Positions 29,401 through 41,400 of a stretch of 64,000 bases of DNA are shown piece by piece. A program made the position numbers and the translations under genes. Position 1 is the first letter of the stretch. Each line of letters begins with the position of its first letter. The stretch is from NCBI GenBank assembly GCA_035221665.1, contig CM069133.1:44826001-44890000 (forward strand), given 5' to 3'. The notes below the pieces were generated by a model, which had not been told where the DNA came from, did no database searches, and was given only the letters and a program-made list of their open reading frames with translations. Source of the DNA: Okamejei kenojei. Taxonomy: Eukaryota.

Positions 29401-32400
29401 AAGACCGCTGTGCAGGTGGGCCGGCCTTCGAGCTTTCACCACCAGATGGTCTTCCATAGCACCGATGTCTGGTGGGTGTGTAGGGGTGCTGCCGCTGTTG
29501 ATAGTGGGTTTTAGAGGTGCTTGGCACCTTGATCAGGCCTATAGCCTTGGCTTCCTCATGCAGGTCTTTCACCTGCTTCGGGAGGTTCCCTCAACAGCAA
29601 TTTTGGCGCCTGTGTGCTACTTGTCTTGCATAATTCCGCACTTCTTGATGATGCTCTTCCTGTAACTGTAAATCTCCACTGAGTATTACACAGTCTGCTA
29701 GAGCATCACGTAACTCTTCAGGCAAATCAACCCCATCAGTTGTCCTGGTACTGCTGTGATTTTAGCAGCCAGCAGTTTCCTCTGGAGCTTCCCCTCCTGG
29801 CTCCTTATAGATGGGCTCCTGTTGCCCCAGATGGGGTCATAGACTGCTGGTACTTTAAGAGAAATGGAGTTCTCTGGAGCAATGTGCTTCCCAGCCATAA
29901 AGTTAATGGCTTGCTCCTGTAGCTGGTTTGTAGCCATTTTTTTTTTTTTTTTTACTGGCTTGCAGCTTTGTATAGGCAGTCCTTCTTGAGTTGATACAGC
30001 ATGTGTCCCACAATCTTCTGCTGCTCTCTCTTCTGGCACCCCTCACAGTTGACTGTTCAGCCATTGCCCCTTCTTCAGGGTCAGCCCAGCTCTGACCCCT
30101 AATGCTCCCCTGCGAAGAGGGTGAGACATTTGGCAGTCCTTGAAAGGATGCTGCCGTGGGTCTGCGAGGAGACCCACTGTGACTCTGCCCCTGCATAAGC
30201 AGGTCACGCTCGAGCACTGCTCCCCATCCGCTCCCGCGGGAAAGACGCCCGCCGTCGCTATCCGTGAACGGGGTGTCTTCAGGTCCGGACCCAGCCGAGT
30301 CCACGGACCTGTCCGACTTCCGGGTGGTTTTGCCGCCGCCCGCGGCGCACCTGCGGTCTGTAGCGGCAAGAAGCCGGCAGCTGCGGGCAGCACCTGCAGC
30401 TCTGGAGAGACGGCACACTGCTGGCTGCTTCCACGGCAGCGGTATCAGCTGCTGCTCTCCCCTGCGCGACTCCATGGTGCTTCCTCCTGAAAAAGAAATC
30501 ACACCGAGTCGCCACGCTCACCAGAAAAGGTAAGACTTACCTTCAGTAATTTTTCAAAATTCGCGCTGGAGGAGCGGCGCTCCTCCCGACTGTCCGCTTC
30601 CGCAATGCGTTCGACGATATGTCGCGCATGCGTCCTGGCGGGGTCCTTCACGTAGTCCACTCACGTGACTCCGAAGTAAAATACAACCATCTTCCAGCCC
30701 AAACCTCTGGAACTTTTCCAGATCATTAATGCCTCTTTCTTCCCACAGGTTTATGATGTTCTAATATTCTTATACCCCTTTTTCATTAATTATAATGTGT
30801 TAGTGTACATCCTAAATTGTATTTCATTTCTTTTCAACCAAATTAACCTTATCTATCTGTTAATAATAATAATCTCTATATGCCCCTTATCCCCTGAATC
30901 CATTAGGTTAATTACCCTTGGTTCCTCATATTAACATTACTGTAATAGCATAACCATTAATTAGTGATATATATTAATTAATTCTTTAAGTTTATATAGT
31001 TAATTAATTCTTTACATTACATATATACTGTATTATAAAACATTTCTTAAGTCCATAATGTCCTTTGATTTTCTTTCAAATCTGATCGAGTTGTTTCAAA
31101 ATAACTGTTCTTTCAGTTATTTCTCTTCTTCTTATCTGTTCAAGGTTGAAACCAGGGCCTGTTCATTGCATACATATTCCTGACAGATAAGCCTGTCTGG
31201 TTAATGTCTAGAGCATTCCATCGTCTTAATTACAGCACAGATTCCCAATAGACATTTACTCATCCGCTTTTACTTCTGTTTTTTCTATTTTCTTTACAAT
31301 TTCTTGTGCGTAATTAAATGCCAAATCCGGGTCCGTGAAGGCGCGTTGAATAGAGTTATAATTAATTTTCATTTTCGCGGGAAACACTATTCCGTATTTC
31401 ACCTCTGATTTACCTTGCAGAATGCTGCTTACTCTTTTAAATTTATTTCTTTTTTCCAGTATTTCACGTGAGTAGTCTCTGTAGAATCTGACAGTTTCTC
31501 CATCAAATGTAAGCCTCTCCCCACATGGTATCATCTTCATAAGTTTATCCAAACTTGAAATGTCCAAAAATTTCACAATAATCTGTCTTGGGGGAGAATT
31601 TATTTCTCTTCTGAAGTGACCTACCCAATGTGCCACATCAATCCTTGGGTTTTCCTTCAACTTAAAGACATCTTTGAGTATTTTAGTAACGAGTTCAGTC
31701 ATTAAAATTCCTAGCTCTTGCCCTTCCTTTACTCCTACAATCCTCAAGTTCTGTCTCCTTGATCTAGCTTCAAAGTGTTTGAATTTTATCTGTCAATTTA
31801 TTCAATTGCTCCCGATTAACCCCTTGTTCTTCTTTCAGGGTCGATATTTCCCGAGACATCTCACGTATTTCAATCTTCATATCTTCTATCAACTTATCAA
31901 CTCCTTCATTCAATTTCATCAAATTTCTTATTATAATCATTATCCATTCTCGCAAATTCCTGAGTTGTCCTCTGATCCAAATCCGACAGTTGTTGCTCCA
32001 AAAATTCAAACTGTTGATTCAGCACGCGCAGCCTCTGTTTTCTTGGAGAGATTAACCTCCATTTTAGATAATTTGCTCTCCAGTATCTTGTTCATATATT
32101 AGTGAGCATTTTTGAGAATTCCTTAGTAAGATCTATGGTAAGATCTTTAGTAAGATTAGCTCTTACTGTTTCTTCCCACTGCTTCATCTCTTTCTCCTTT
32201 TCTGTCCTTTTCGTCTCTCCTTTTGTAGCCATTTCAGATACTGCTTGTTGAGAATCAAATTCTTCGTCTGAACTTTCAGTTGTTGTTTGGAGGGCTGCCA
32301 AATCGTCTTCCAGCAGGAGTCTGATAGTGGATTTCAGTCTGATAGTGGAGCCAGCAGGAGTCTGATAGTGGAGCCAGCACAGCCGGGAGAAGGGGAACCA

Positions 32401-35400
32401 CTGTTAGTGTCACAATCCCACCTCTCCCAGCTCACCACGTGGTGAGGGTGACAAACAGCACAGCAAACATCGCAGCTCAACCGCCTTCCACAAGGGCAGG
32501 GACCCAGGGTGGGCGCAGCCTCCTACAGTGACTGTGGCCCTCAGATCAGTCTTAACGTTACATCTCTGTGTCTTCACAGGCTGCACTGTCAGTGGTTGGA
32601 ACATGCAGACACCGGACAAGGTGACGGGGAGGGTGGGGAAGCTCATGGTTCTGTACTGCAAGTTCACTCACCCTCACCATGAATACAAAGACAACATCAG
32701 CATCATCTGGAGTGAGAAGAATGCCAACAAGATCTTTTTCAAATACACAAATTATCTATCAAGCAACAAGTATAAAAATGTGATCATGAATAATGTAGAA
32801 ACTCGCTACAAACCAATGGGGGACCCGCGGAAGAACGATGCTTCCATAATCATTAATCAGCTGAGAAAGACGGATACAAACAAGGCCCTCAATTGTCGTG
32901 TTGAGCTCACAGAGCAAAACGGAGCAAATTTTGGATGCCCACATGGGCCTATCACAGTATCAGGTGAGGAATTATTGTAACTGAATGATTATTGTACTGT
33001 AAACTAATGATTTGCCTGTGATTCCGATGTCACTGGCATCGCAGACAATTGTTCAAGCTGTTGACTTGTTGGGTACATCACTGGGAGATCATGTCCTGGT
33101 TTGACCGCCTAAAATACAACACGTTGCACTAAACTGAATTTAACTCTATTAACCATCCCTCAACCCCACTTGACCCGCTGATCAACATCCTGCTGTCGTT
33201 TTTGATAACCATGTTCACTCATACTCCTCATTTCTGCCTTGACCATGATGTACAGTCACTGTGGAATGGGGTGATGTCATTGCCACATCTGGCCTGCTGT
33301 TATAGTCACATATTATGTCTCCTCCAGTTAAGTTTCAGATATTGGTATTGGTTTATTATTGTCTATTGCACTGAGATACAGTGCCATTTTTCCGAGTGCT
33401 ATCCTGACAAATCATACCATTGAGGCACTAGAAACTGCAGATGCTGGAACCATGAGCAAAACACAAAGTGCTAAAGACACAGTGGGTCAAGCAACATCGG
33501 TGGAGGAAATGGACAGGCAATTATCTGGGTGGGTTCCCTTCAAACTGATGGAGTAGTAGGGAGAAAGATGGGAATGGGGCAAAGCTTGCCCAATGATAGG
33601 TGGATGGAGGTGGAGGTGGGGGGGCATGGGGGAGGTGCCCATCAGATGGGTGGAGACAGTGATAATGGTGAGTGGTGGAAAGGAGACATAAAAGATGTCA
33701 GACAAGGAAACAAAATGTAAAGGCGGAGGCAAATGGATGTAATGGGTCAGGGGAGATGGGCAGGGGAAAGACGTGATAGAAGGAACTATGGGATTTGTGG
33801 ATGAGAGATGAATACGGGAGAAAAAAAGGAGCAGTGTGACAGGGATAATGGGAGCAAAGTGTGCACAGTGGGCTGGTGGGGGGGGGGGGGGAGTGGGAGG
33901 TATTATTTGAACTTTGAGAGTTCAGTGTTCATTACGGTTGGGTTACTCAAGCTACTCAAGCTGACCATGAGGTGCTGTTCTTCCAGTTTGTGTGTGCTCT
34001 CACGCTGATAATACACAAGGCCAGTGACAGTCAGGTTGGTGTGGGAACAGAAAGAGGAGTTAAAAAGCATAGTAACCAGGAGCTCCAGCAGGCCTTGGCA
34101 TGATTGGCAACCTGATAATCATGTTTCTCTCCTGCTTTTTTTCTGTTTGATGGCAATGTAACTATTGTAATCTTGTATTTAATACTTTCATCATTGAGCC
34201 CAGTGTCTCGCACTTCACTAACCATTGCCTCAATGTGTCACATTTGTTTTATTTAATTGTGTCTCGTAAGGAGTTTCTCCACATGTTCCTTGGCACCCTT
34301 TAGCATTGTTCTCCACTTCTACATATTCCATCTGCAATCTTGTTACAATTCAATGGAAAGTGAACATGTAGTAGAACATGCAGTAGAAAATGTAGTAGGG
34401 GTATACTACATCCACTGGATCCTCCCTTATCAATCCTGCTTGATATATTGTCTACCCTAACCCTAAACTTCACTTAAAGTGTCAACAGAACTTCCCCTTC
34501 ATCAAGAATTAAAACAGAAATTGCTGTAAAATTAATCAGGTCTGAATGCAAAGTCAACTGGAGGGGCGACATTATCAATGTAGGGAGATGTGTTGCTGCT
34601 ACTCAGGAGGATTTAATCTAGTTTGGCAGAAAGTTGGTAACTGGAGCAGGTGGAGCGTTTGAATGGGATGTAGACTTCAGCTTAAGACTGATCAGAAGGG
34701 CTGGCAGGGCCAGGTTAACGAACGCTATTTATAAAGAAGATGAAGTTACATATATAGTTACATTTCACCTCTCTAGAGCAGCGCTGGAGGGTCACGTACA
34801 GATGGGTCAGAGTGGGAGTGGGATGGAGAAACATGGTCACAGATGTGTAGGAAGGAACTGCAGGTGCTGATTTATACCGAAGATAGACACAAAATGCTGG
34901 AGTAACACAAAGTGCCAGGCAACATCTATGGAGAAATGGAATAGATTCTTCTTCAGGTCTGAAGAAGCGTTCCATTCAGAAACATCACCTGCTCCTTTTG
35001 TCCAGAGATGCTGCCTGATCCGCTGAGGTACTCCAGCATTTTGTCTATCATCGTGGTCACAGACACAGGTGAAGTATTGATGAAGAAAATGTGGTTAATG
35101 CGTTCGACCAATGAATAATGCCCATATTTTAAATCTTTCTCTATCCGAGGTGATGTCAGCGCATCCATGGTGATTGGGAAGAGAGGAGGTGGTGCCACAC
35201 TGAGCTGCCCCTTCAGTCGCTCGAGCGTAAAGAGCAAGGTGATCACTATCAACTGGATGAAGGGGACTCCATGGGGAGAGTCCGTTGTCTTTAATTTTAC
35301 CCGCCCCTACCCCACAGGTGGCCACGGCACTGTCAATGTAAATATAGGAGGTCGATATGAGCTGGTGGGAAGCCTAAACAAGGGAGACGCCTCCATCAGA

Positions 35401-38400
35401 GTGAGGGGACTCACGTTGAATGACACCAACGACTATTTCTGTCATGTTTGGACCTGGAATTCCCCTCTGAATAAAGATATTCAGGTGACTCAGGATGAGA
35501 CGGGACTACAGGTTTTGGGTAAGGAAACAGTCAGTGTTGAGGAGTAAATGATAAAATCACATTGAACAATGGTAAGCAGAATGAGCTTCGTTCTGTTTCA
35601 TCTCTGAATATTTCACTCCATTCTCCTGCTGGGTCTCTTTCAAATCTTCACACCTTCCTGGTTCTCCCCCTGCACCAATGAATAACAGTGAATGTAATTG
35701 ACTTTTATCCCTCTCTAGGCTTCAGCCACCATCTTGGAGCAATCGTGATAATGTATCTGGAGATACCTGTGTGTGCGGGAGGGAATGGGCAGGTTGATCA
35801 TTTGAGCTGCCATTTTTTGAGTCTACTTTCTTGTGATTGGCTTCACTTTCTAGTGTTAAACATAGGTGGACATCATGTCCAATCTCCATTGCTGGTGTTC
35901 ATGGGAGATCATGGGACCTCCAGTGACATTGTTGTCAGCCTCTGGTTCTGGTAATGAGGGAGGGGAGAAGAGAGAGTAACTCAGGTGTGAGTGATCCTTG
36001 ATTATGTTGGCTGTTTTCCCAAGGAATAAATGCAGTTGATGGGCGGGGGAATGAGGGAAAACCTTTTACTCGATCTACATGGTTAATCCTGAGCTTTCTG
36101 TTGCTTGTAATCTTAATCATCCATGCAATTCCCCCTCTGACTATTTTTTGTGATTTTCTTATAACCAGTCTAATGCAATTTGAAGAACAGGGCTCACTGC
36201 ATCATTCCAGATTGCATTGAATTCAAGAATTTTGGATGTTACTTTTTCTCTCTTTACTCAGAACTAACCAGCTCTACTGAAGATCAGCAAACTGGAATAT
36301 TAATCAGTTATTCTCTCAACGATTATTGCAACTTAAAATAAGTTAGCTGAAGTTGCAGGGGTTGTATAGAGGGGCGGATTGGAAATAGGAAATATCTCTG
36401 AAAGGGTGAGTCTAGGTTTGCTGTTGATGAAATTATCTGGTTGATAAATTAAAGAAGAAAGCTGGAGACAGAGAACACAAACAAAGATATAAACCAGAGC
36501 TGCAAAATGCACGTCAGAGCTGCAAGAAACACCCTGCAGATCAGGCAGTGTCAGTGGAGAGAGGAGACCTGAGTCAGTCTTGCAGATGGATAACCTGCTG
36601 CAGAACTTCTGATAAAAACAGCGAGAAAGTTACCAGAAATTGTTGTATTCAATGTTGACTCAATGATTCATTGGATCAACCTTGAATAGAACAATTTCTG
36701 GTGACTTGCTCGCTGTTTGTATCAGAACTGGCGGGTTCTACCACATCTGCGATACTGACAGTTCTCCTGAAGAAGAGTCATGACCCAAAACGTCACCCAT
36801 TCATTCTATCCAGAGATGCTGCCTGCCCGCTGAATTACTCCAGCATTTTGTGTCTATTTTCGGTTCAATGATTTCTTTATTATCACATGTACCAAGTGCA
36901 GTGAAATACTTTTTTGCATACAGATCAGTAAGAATATCACCTTACATAAATAAGCACAATCCCCCCCGGTTAGTACATAATGTACAGAAGAATCCACTGA
37001 GTCTGGGCAACAGTTGCCATTTTGCACCATTTTACAGTCCTAGTTGCAGTGGCCATAGAGGCCCATTGCAGCCGCCGCTTCTATTCCAGTTGTCCTGGAA
37101 TGTTGACCCTCACCTTGCACAGCCCTCTTCAGCCCTTCTTCCCCACGGGCGGTGTGTGGTGGGGGGGCTTCTCCCGCAGATGAGATTAAGGTGCGGAAGT
37201 TAAAAACCCCTCCACCCCTCCTGATTCGGTTGACCATGCCATTTCTGGTTGGCTGTCAGTTACTAGCAGAGTTCCGCAGGGTTTGGTGCTTTGGCCGCTG
37301 CTCTTCACGTTGTATATTAATGATTTGGATGAGGGGATTGAAGACTTTGTGGCCAAGTTTGCGGATGATACGAAAATAGGCGGAGGGGCAGGTAGTGCAG
37401 AGAAAGCAGGGTGTCTGCAGAAGAACTTGGATAGGTTGGGAGAGTGGGCAGAGAAGTGACAGATGGAAAAGTGTGGAAAAGTGTGGAGTCATGTATTTTT
37501 GTAATAGGATTAAAGGCGTTGATTAATTTCTAAATGGGGGAGAGAATCCAGAATTCGGAGGTGCAAGGCGACTTGGGAATGCTCGTGCAGGATTCCCAAA
37601 AAGTTAATCTGCGAGTCGATTCAGTTGTAAAGAAAGCAAACAAAATGGGATGTGGAGGAGATGTTTCCATTAGTGGGATAGTCTAAGACGAGAGATTTTA
37701 GCCTCAGAATTAAAGGACGTCCTTTTAGGAAGGAGATGAGGAGGAATTTCTTTGGTCGGAGTGTGATGAATCTATGGAATTCTTTGCCACAGAAGGCTGT
37801 GGAGGCAAAGTCGGTGGATATATTTAAGGCAGAGATAAATCGATTCCTGATTAGTGCGGGGTGTCAGAGGTTATGAGAAGGCTGGAGAATTGAGTTAGGA
37901 GAGATAGATCAGCCGCGATTGAATGGCGGAGTAGCCTTGATGGGCCGAATGGTCTAATTCTACTCCTATCACATATAATTGTATGAACCGTGCCTCCGTA
38001 GATGAGCTTATGGTGCAGACCCTAAGACCCCCACCCCACCCAACCTGATTCAGCTACCCACGCCTTTAGCCATCCTCCTCTCTGGTTCCTCATCTTCAAG
38101 GTCAAAGCTCAATGGGAGCCATGAAGGCTCCATCTTGTCCAGACTAAAGCTGAGATGTCTTTAGTTCAGATTGGCCCTTAATAGAATACTGCAGGAGGTC
38201 AGGAACAGATGGATCAGAGTGGGAATGGGATGGAAAATCCAAGTCACAAATGTGGATGAACTATTGATAAAGACCGTGTGGTTATTGTATTCAATTACTA
38301 AATCATATTCACACTTTAAAACTCTTCTCTATGCAAGGTGATAATGACAGAGCATCCATGGTGATTGGGAGGAAGGGTGCGACTGCCACACTGCCCTGCT

Positions 38401-41400
38401 CCTTCAGTCCCTCGAACAGGAATCCCAGCTCCATCACCATCAGCTGGATGAAGGGGAATCCATCAAAATGGTCTGTTGTCTTTCATCACACTTCTCCCCG
38501 CCCAGCAGCACATCGCATTCCTGTAAATGTAAATATAGGGGATCGATATGAGCTGGTGGGAAACCTTACGCAGGGAGACGCCTCCATCAGAGTGAGGCAA
38601 CTCAAACTGGGTGACGCCAGCGATTACTCCTGTCACGTTTCTGTCAGGAATTCAACGTTGATGACTGTGACTCAGGATGAGATGAAACTGCAGGTTGTGG
38701 GTAAGGAAACGTAAGTTATGCTGTAAACGATAATATCATATTGAACAACCTTAAGAGGAATGAGCTCCCACTGACAGCGTAGACCAGCACAGGAACAGGC
38801 CCTTTGGCCCGCAATGTCTGTACCAAACATGATGCTACGTTAATCTCATCTACCTGCAGGTGATACATTTCTTCCATTACCTGCATTTCAAAAAGCCTCT
38901 AAAACTCCACTATCATAGCTGCCTCCACCTCCACCCCTAGCAGTATTTTCCTGGCACCCACCACCCTCTATGTAAACAATAACTTTCCCCAAATATCTCC
39001 TTTCATCTTTTCCCCTCTGTCCTTATCACAATGCCGTCTATTCATTGACATTTCTGCCATAGGCAAAGGATTCTGACTCTCTGTCCTATCCATGTCTTTC
39101 ATATTTTTATAAACTTTCGACAGTCCAGAAAAACAGTTCAAATATGTCCGACCTTTTCTTATCACTAATACCCTCTAATCCAGGCAGCATTCTGGTAAAC
39201 CTCTTCTGAACCCTTTGCAAAGTTTCCACATCCTTCCTGTAATGGGTGAGAACTGCACATAAAACAGAATGCAATAATCCCAGTGTCGTAACTAAAGTTA
39301 TATAGAGCTACAACATGACTTCATGACTTGTATTCAGTAGATAGACACTAAATGCTGGAGTAACTCACCGGGGACAGGCAGCATCTCTGGAGAGAAGGAA
39401 TGGATGACGTTTCAGATCGAGTATCTTCTTCTTGACCCGAAACATGACCCATCCTTTCTCTCCAGAGATGCTGCCTACCCAGCTGAGTTACTCCAGCTTT
39501 TTGTGTCCATTTTCAGTTTTAACCAGCATCTGCAGTTCCTTCCTACACTTCTTGTATTCAGTATCTTGACCAATGAAAGCAAGCATACTGTACACGTTTT
39601 TAACATGTTGCCATTTTCAGAGAGTTATGGAATTGGATCCCAATATTTTTCTGTACATCAGTAATTTTAAGGGTCTTGCCCTTGTCTACTTTCCACTTGC
39701 ATTCAACCTCTCAAAGTCAACACTTCACACGTGTTCGGATCAAACTCCATCTGCCATTTCTCTGCCTATATCTGTATTTAGATTAAAAATTGCAGTATCT
39801 TTCTACAGTTCTACAGTTATCTGCCTTCCTCATGATAGTCTTGCACTTTCAATAAGCACACTACAGACCATGCGTGGGTTTGATATTTGAGCTGCCACTT
39901 ATGTGGACTGTACTCTTGCAATTGACTTCACTTTCTCATGTTTGAACAGAGGTGAACGCCACTGTCTCATCTCTAATGTCACTGTTGACAGCAGTCTTGT
40001 GCCATCTCCAGTGATATTGTCATCAGCCTATGGTTATGGTGGTATGGGTCAGGTGATATTGACTTCTGAGGCAGTTCTGGCCAGTTCTTGTACAAACAAT
40101 AAAGGGCCTGTCCCTCTTTGGTGACAACTGAAGACAACTGAAGACTTCTCTTGATGCCGGTAGCTGTCGCCGGTTGACGTAGGTTGACTTAGGTAGTCGC
40201 CAATTGAATTCACCGAAGTCAGCACCGGCGACAACCTACGTTATCCTGGCAACAACCTACGACAGCACCTACGTCAGGAGAAGACAAGCTACGAGAAGCC
40301 CAAGGTTGCCAAGAGTCGCCGAAAAGTTTAGACCATTTCAAAATCCAGCGGTGATCAGAAAAACGTTACGACTCTTTAGGCGACTTGAGGAGACAACTCA
40401 CAACCATACAGATGATACCCGGCGACCGTGTGGCGACTGCCCAGTCGCATGTAGTGGCCTAAAAAAAATCGCGTAAGTTGGACAGGCCTTAAGCAAGTTA
40501 TTGAAATTGTTGCTTTAAATGTTAGCACAAAGGCTTCATGCTGCCCAGACAGAAGATGAGGTGCCGTTGCTTGAGATTGGGCCTCGTTAGAACAGTGCAG
40601 GAGGTCTGAGACAGACAGATCAGAGCGGTAGTGGGATGGAGAATCAAAGTCACAGGCATGGATGATGTATTTTTATAAACCATGTGGAATAGATTGTTAA
40701 ATACAGCTTTTGTCTTTACAAGATGGAAAGAAGAAGACACCCATGGTGATTGGGAAGAGAAGAGATTCATCCATACTGCCCTGCTCCTTCAGCCCCTTGA
40801 ACAAGAATACCAGCCCCATCACTGTCCGCTGGATGAAGGGGAATCCACGGGAGGAGTCCACAGTTTTTAATCACACCCACCCCCACTCTGTGAACCGTCC
40901 CTACACTGTCACTGTAAAGGGAGGAGGTCGATATGAGCTGGTGGGAAAACTAGACCAGGGAGACGCCTCTATCAGAGTGAAGGAGCTCAGAGTGAACGAC
41001 AGCAGTGACTATTTCTGTCACGTTTGGGTCAGGAATTCCACACAGGAGACGGTGACTCAGGATGAGATGAAACTGGAGGTTGTGGGTAAGGAAGATCTGT
41101 CTGTGTTGTGCTGTGAACGATAAAATCACATTAACAACTGTAAGAGGACATGAGATCCACTGACAGCTGGAGCCGAGATCGGCCCACTCCATTGTAGGTT
41201 CCAACCCTTGCCCTGGGCTTCCCTTGCTCAGCACTGCCCCCAGTGGTTGGACAACAGTGCTGATTCCAGCCAGAATGCACGGAGCTCCCTGCAGCAGGAT
41301 CAGAGATTCAGAACCACATTCATCTGCTGAACCTCCAGTCCCTGTGTCTGTGACATGGTCTGTGTTGCAAAGATCCACAGACTGCCCTGGGGTATTTACA

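Larger units (their letters stand above)
20462..32390 (-). mobile_element. Near-full-length L1/Tx1-type LINE in intron 1 (ORF1 ~32301-31256; ORF2 ~25430-20754), interrupted by CR1 and DIRS1
   Basis: ORF1 [14 protein letters not shown]...PRQIIVKF...FPAKM. ORF2 APE (FLQETH, INIYAPN, GGDFN), RT ([14 protein letters not shown]) and C-terminal [16 protein letters not shown] and an A-tail on minus at ~20462-20483. Confidence 0.9.

Noticed and set aside
29903-30650. GC/CpG-rich island as a host promoter
   Set aside because: It corresponds to the DIRS 5' end and gag N-terminus. The GC-rich region at 2390-2700 is likewise the 5' region of a LINE.
32311-32378. Short direct repeats as a CRISPR-like array
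   Set aside because: Only 2-3 adjacent copies with no unique spacers, in a vertebrate context at a LINE junction.
32580-41085. Tandem V exons as rearranging Ig/TCR/NAR V gene segments
   Set aside because: Each V exon includes its own G strand and ends at a GT donor. There is no heptamer-spacer-nonamer at the 3' ends, no individual leader exons and no J-type FGxG/WGxG segments.
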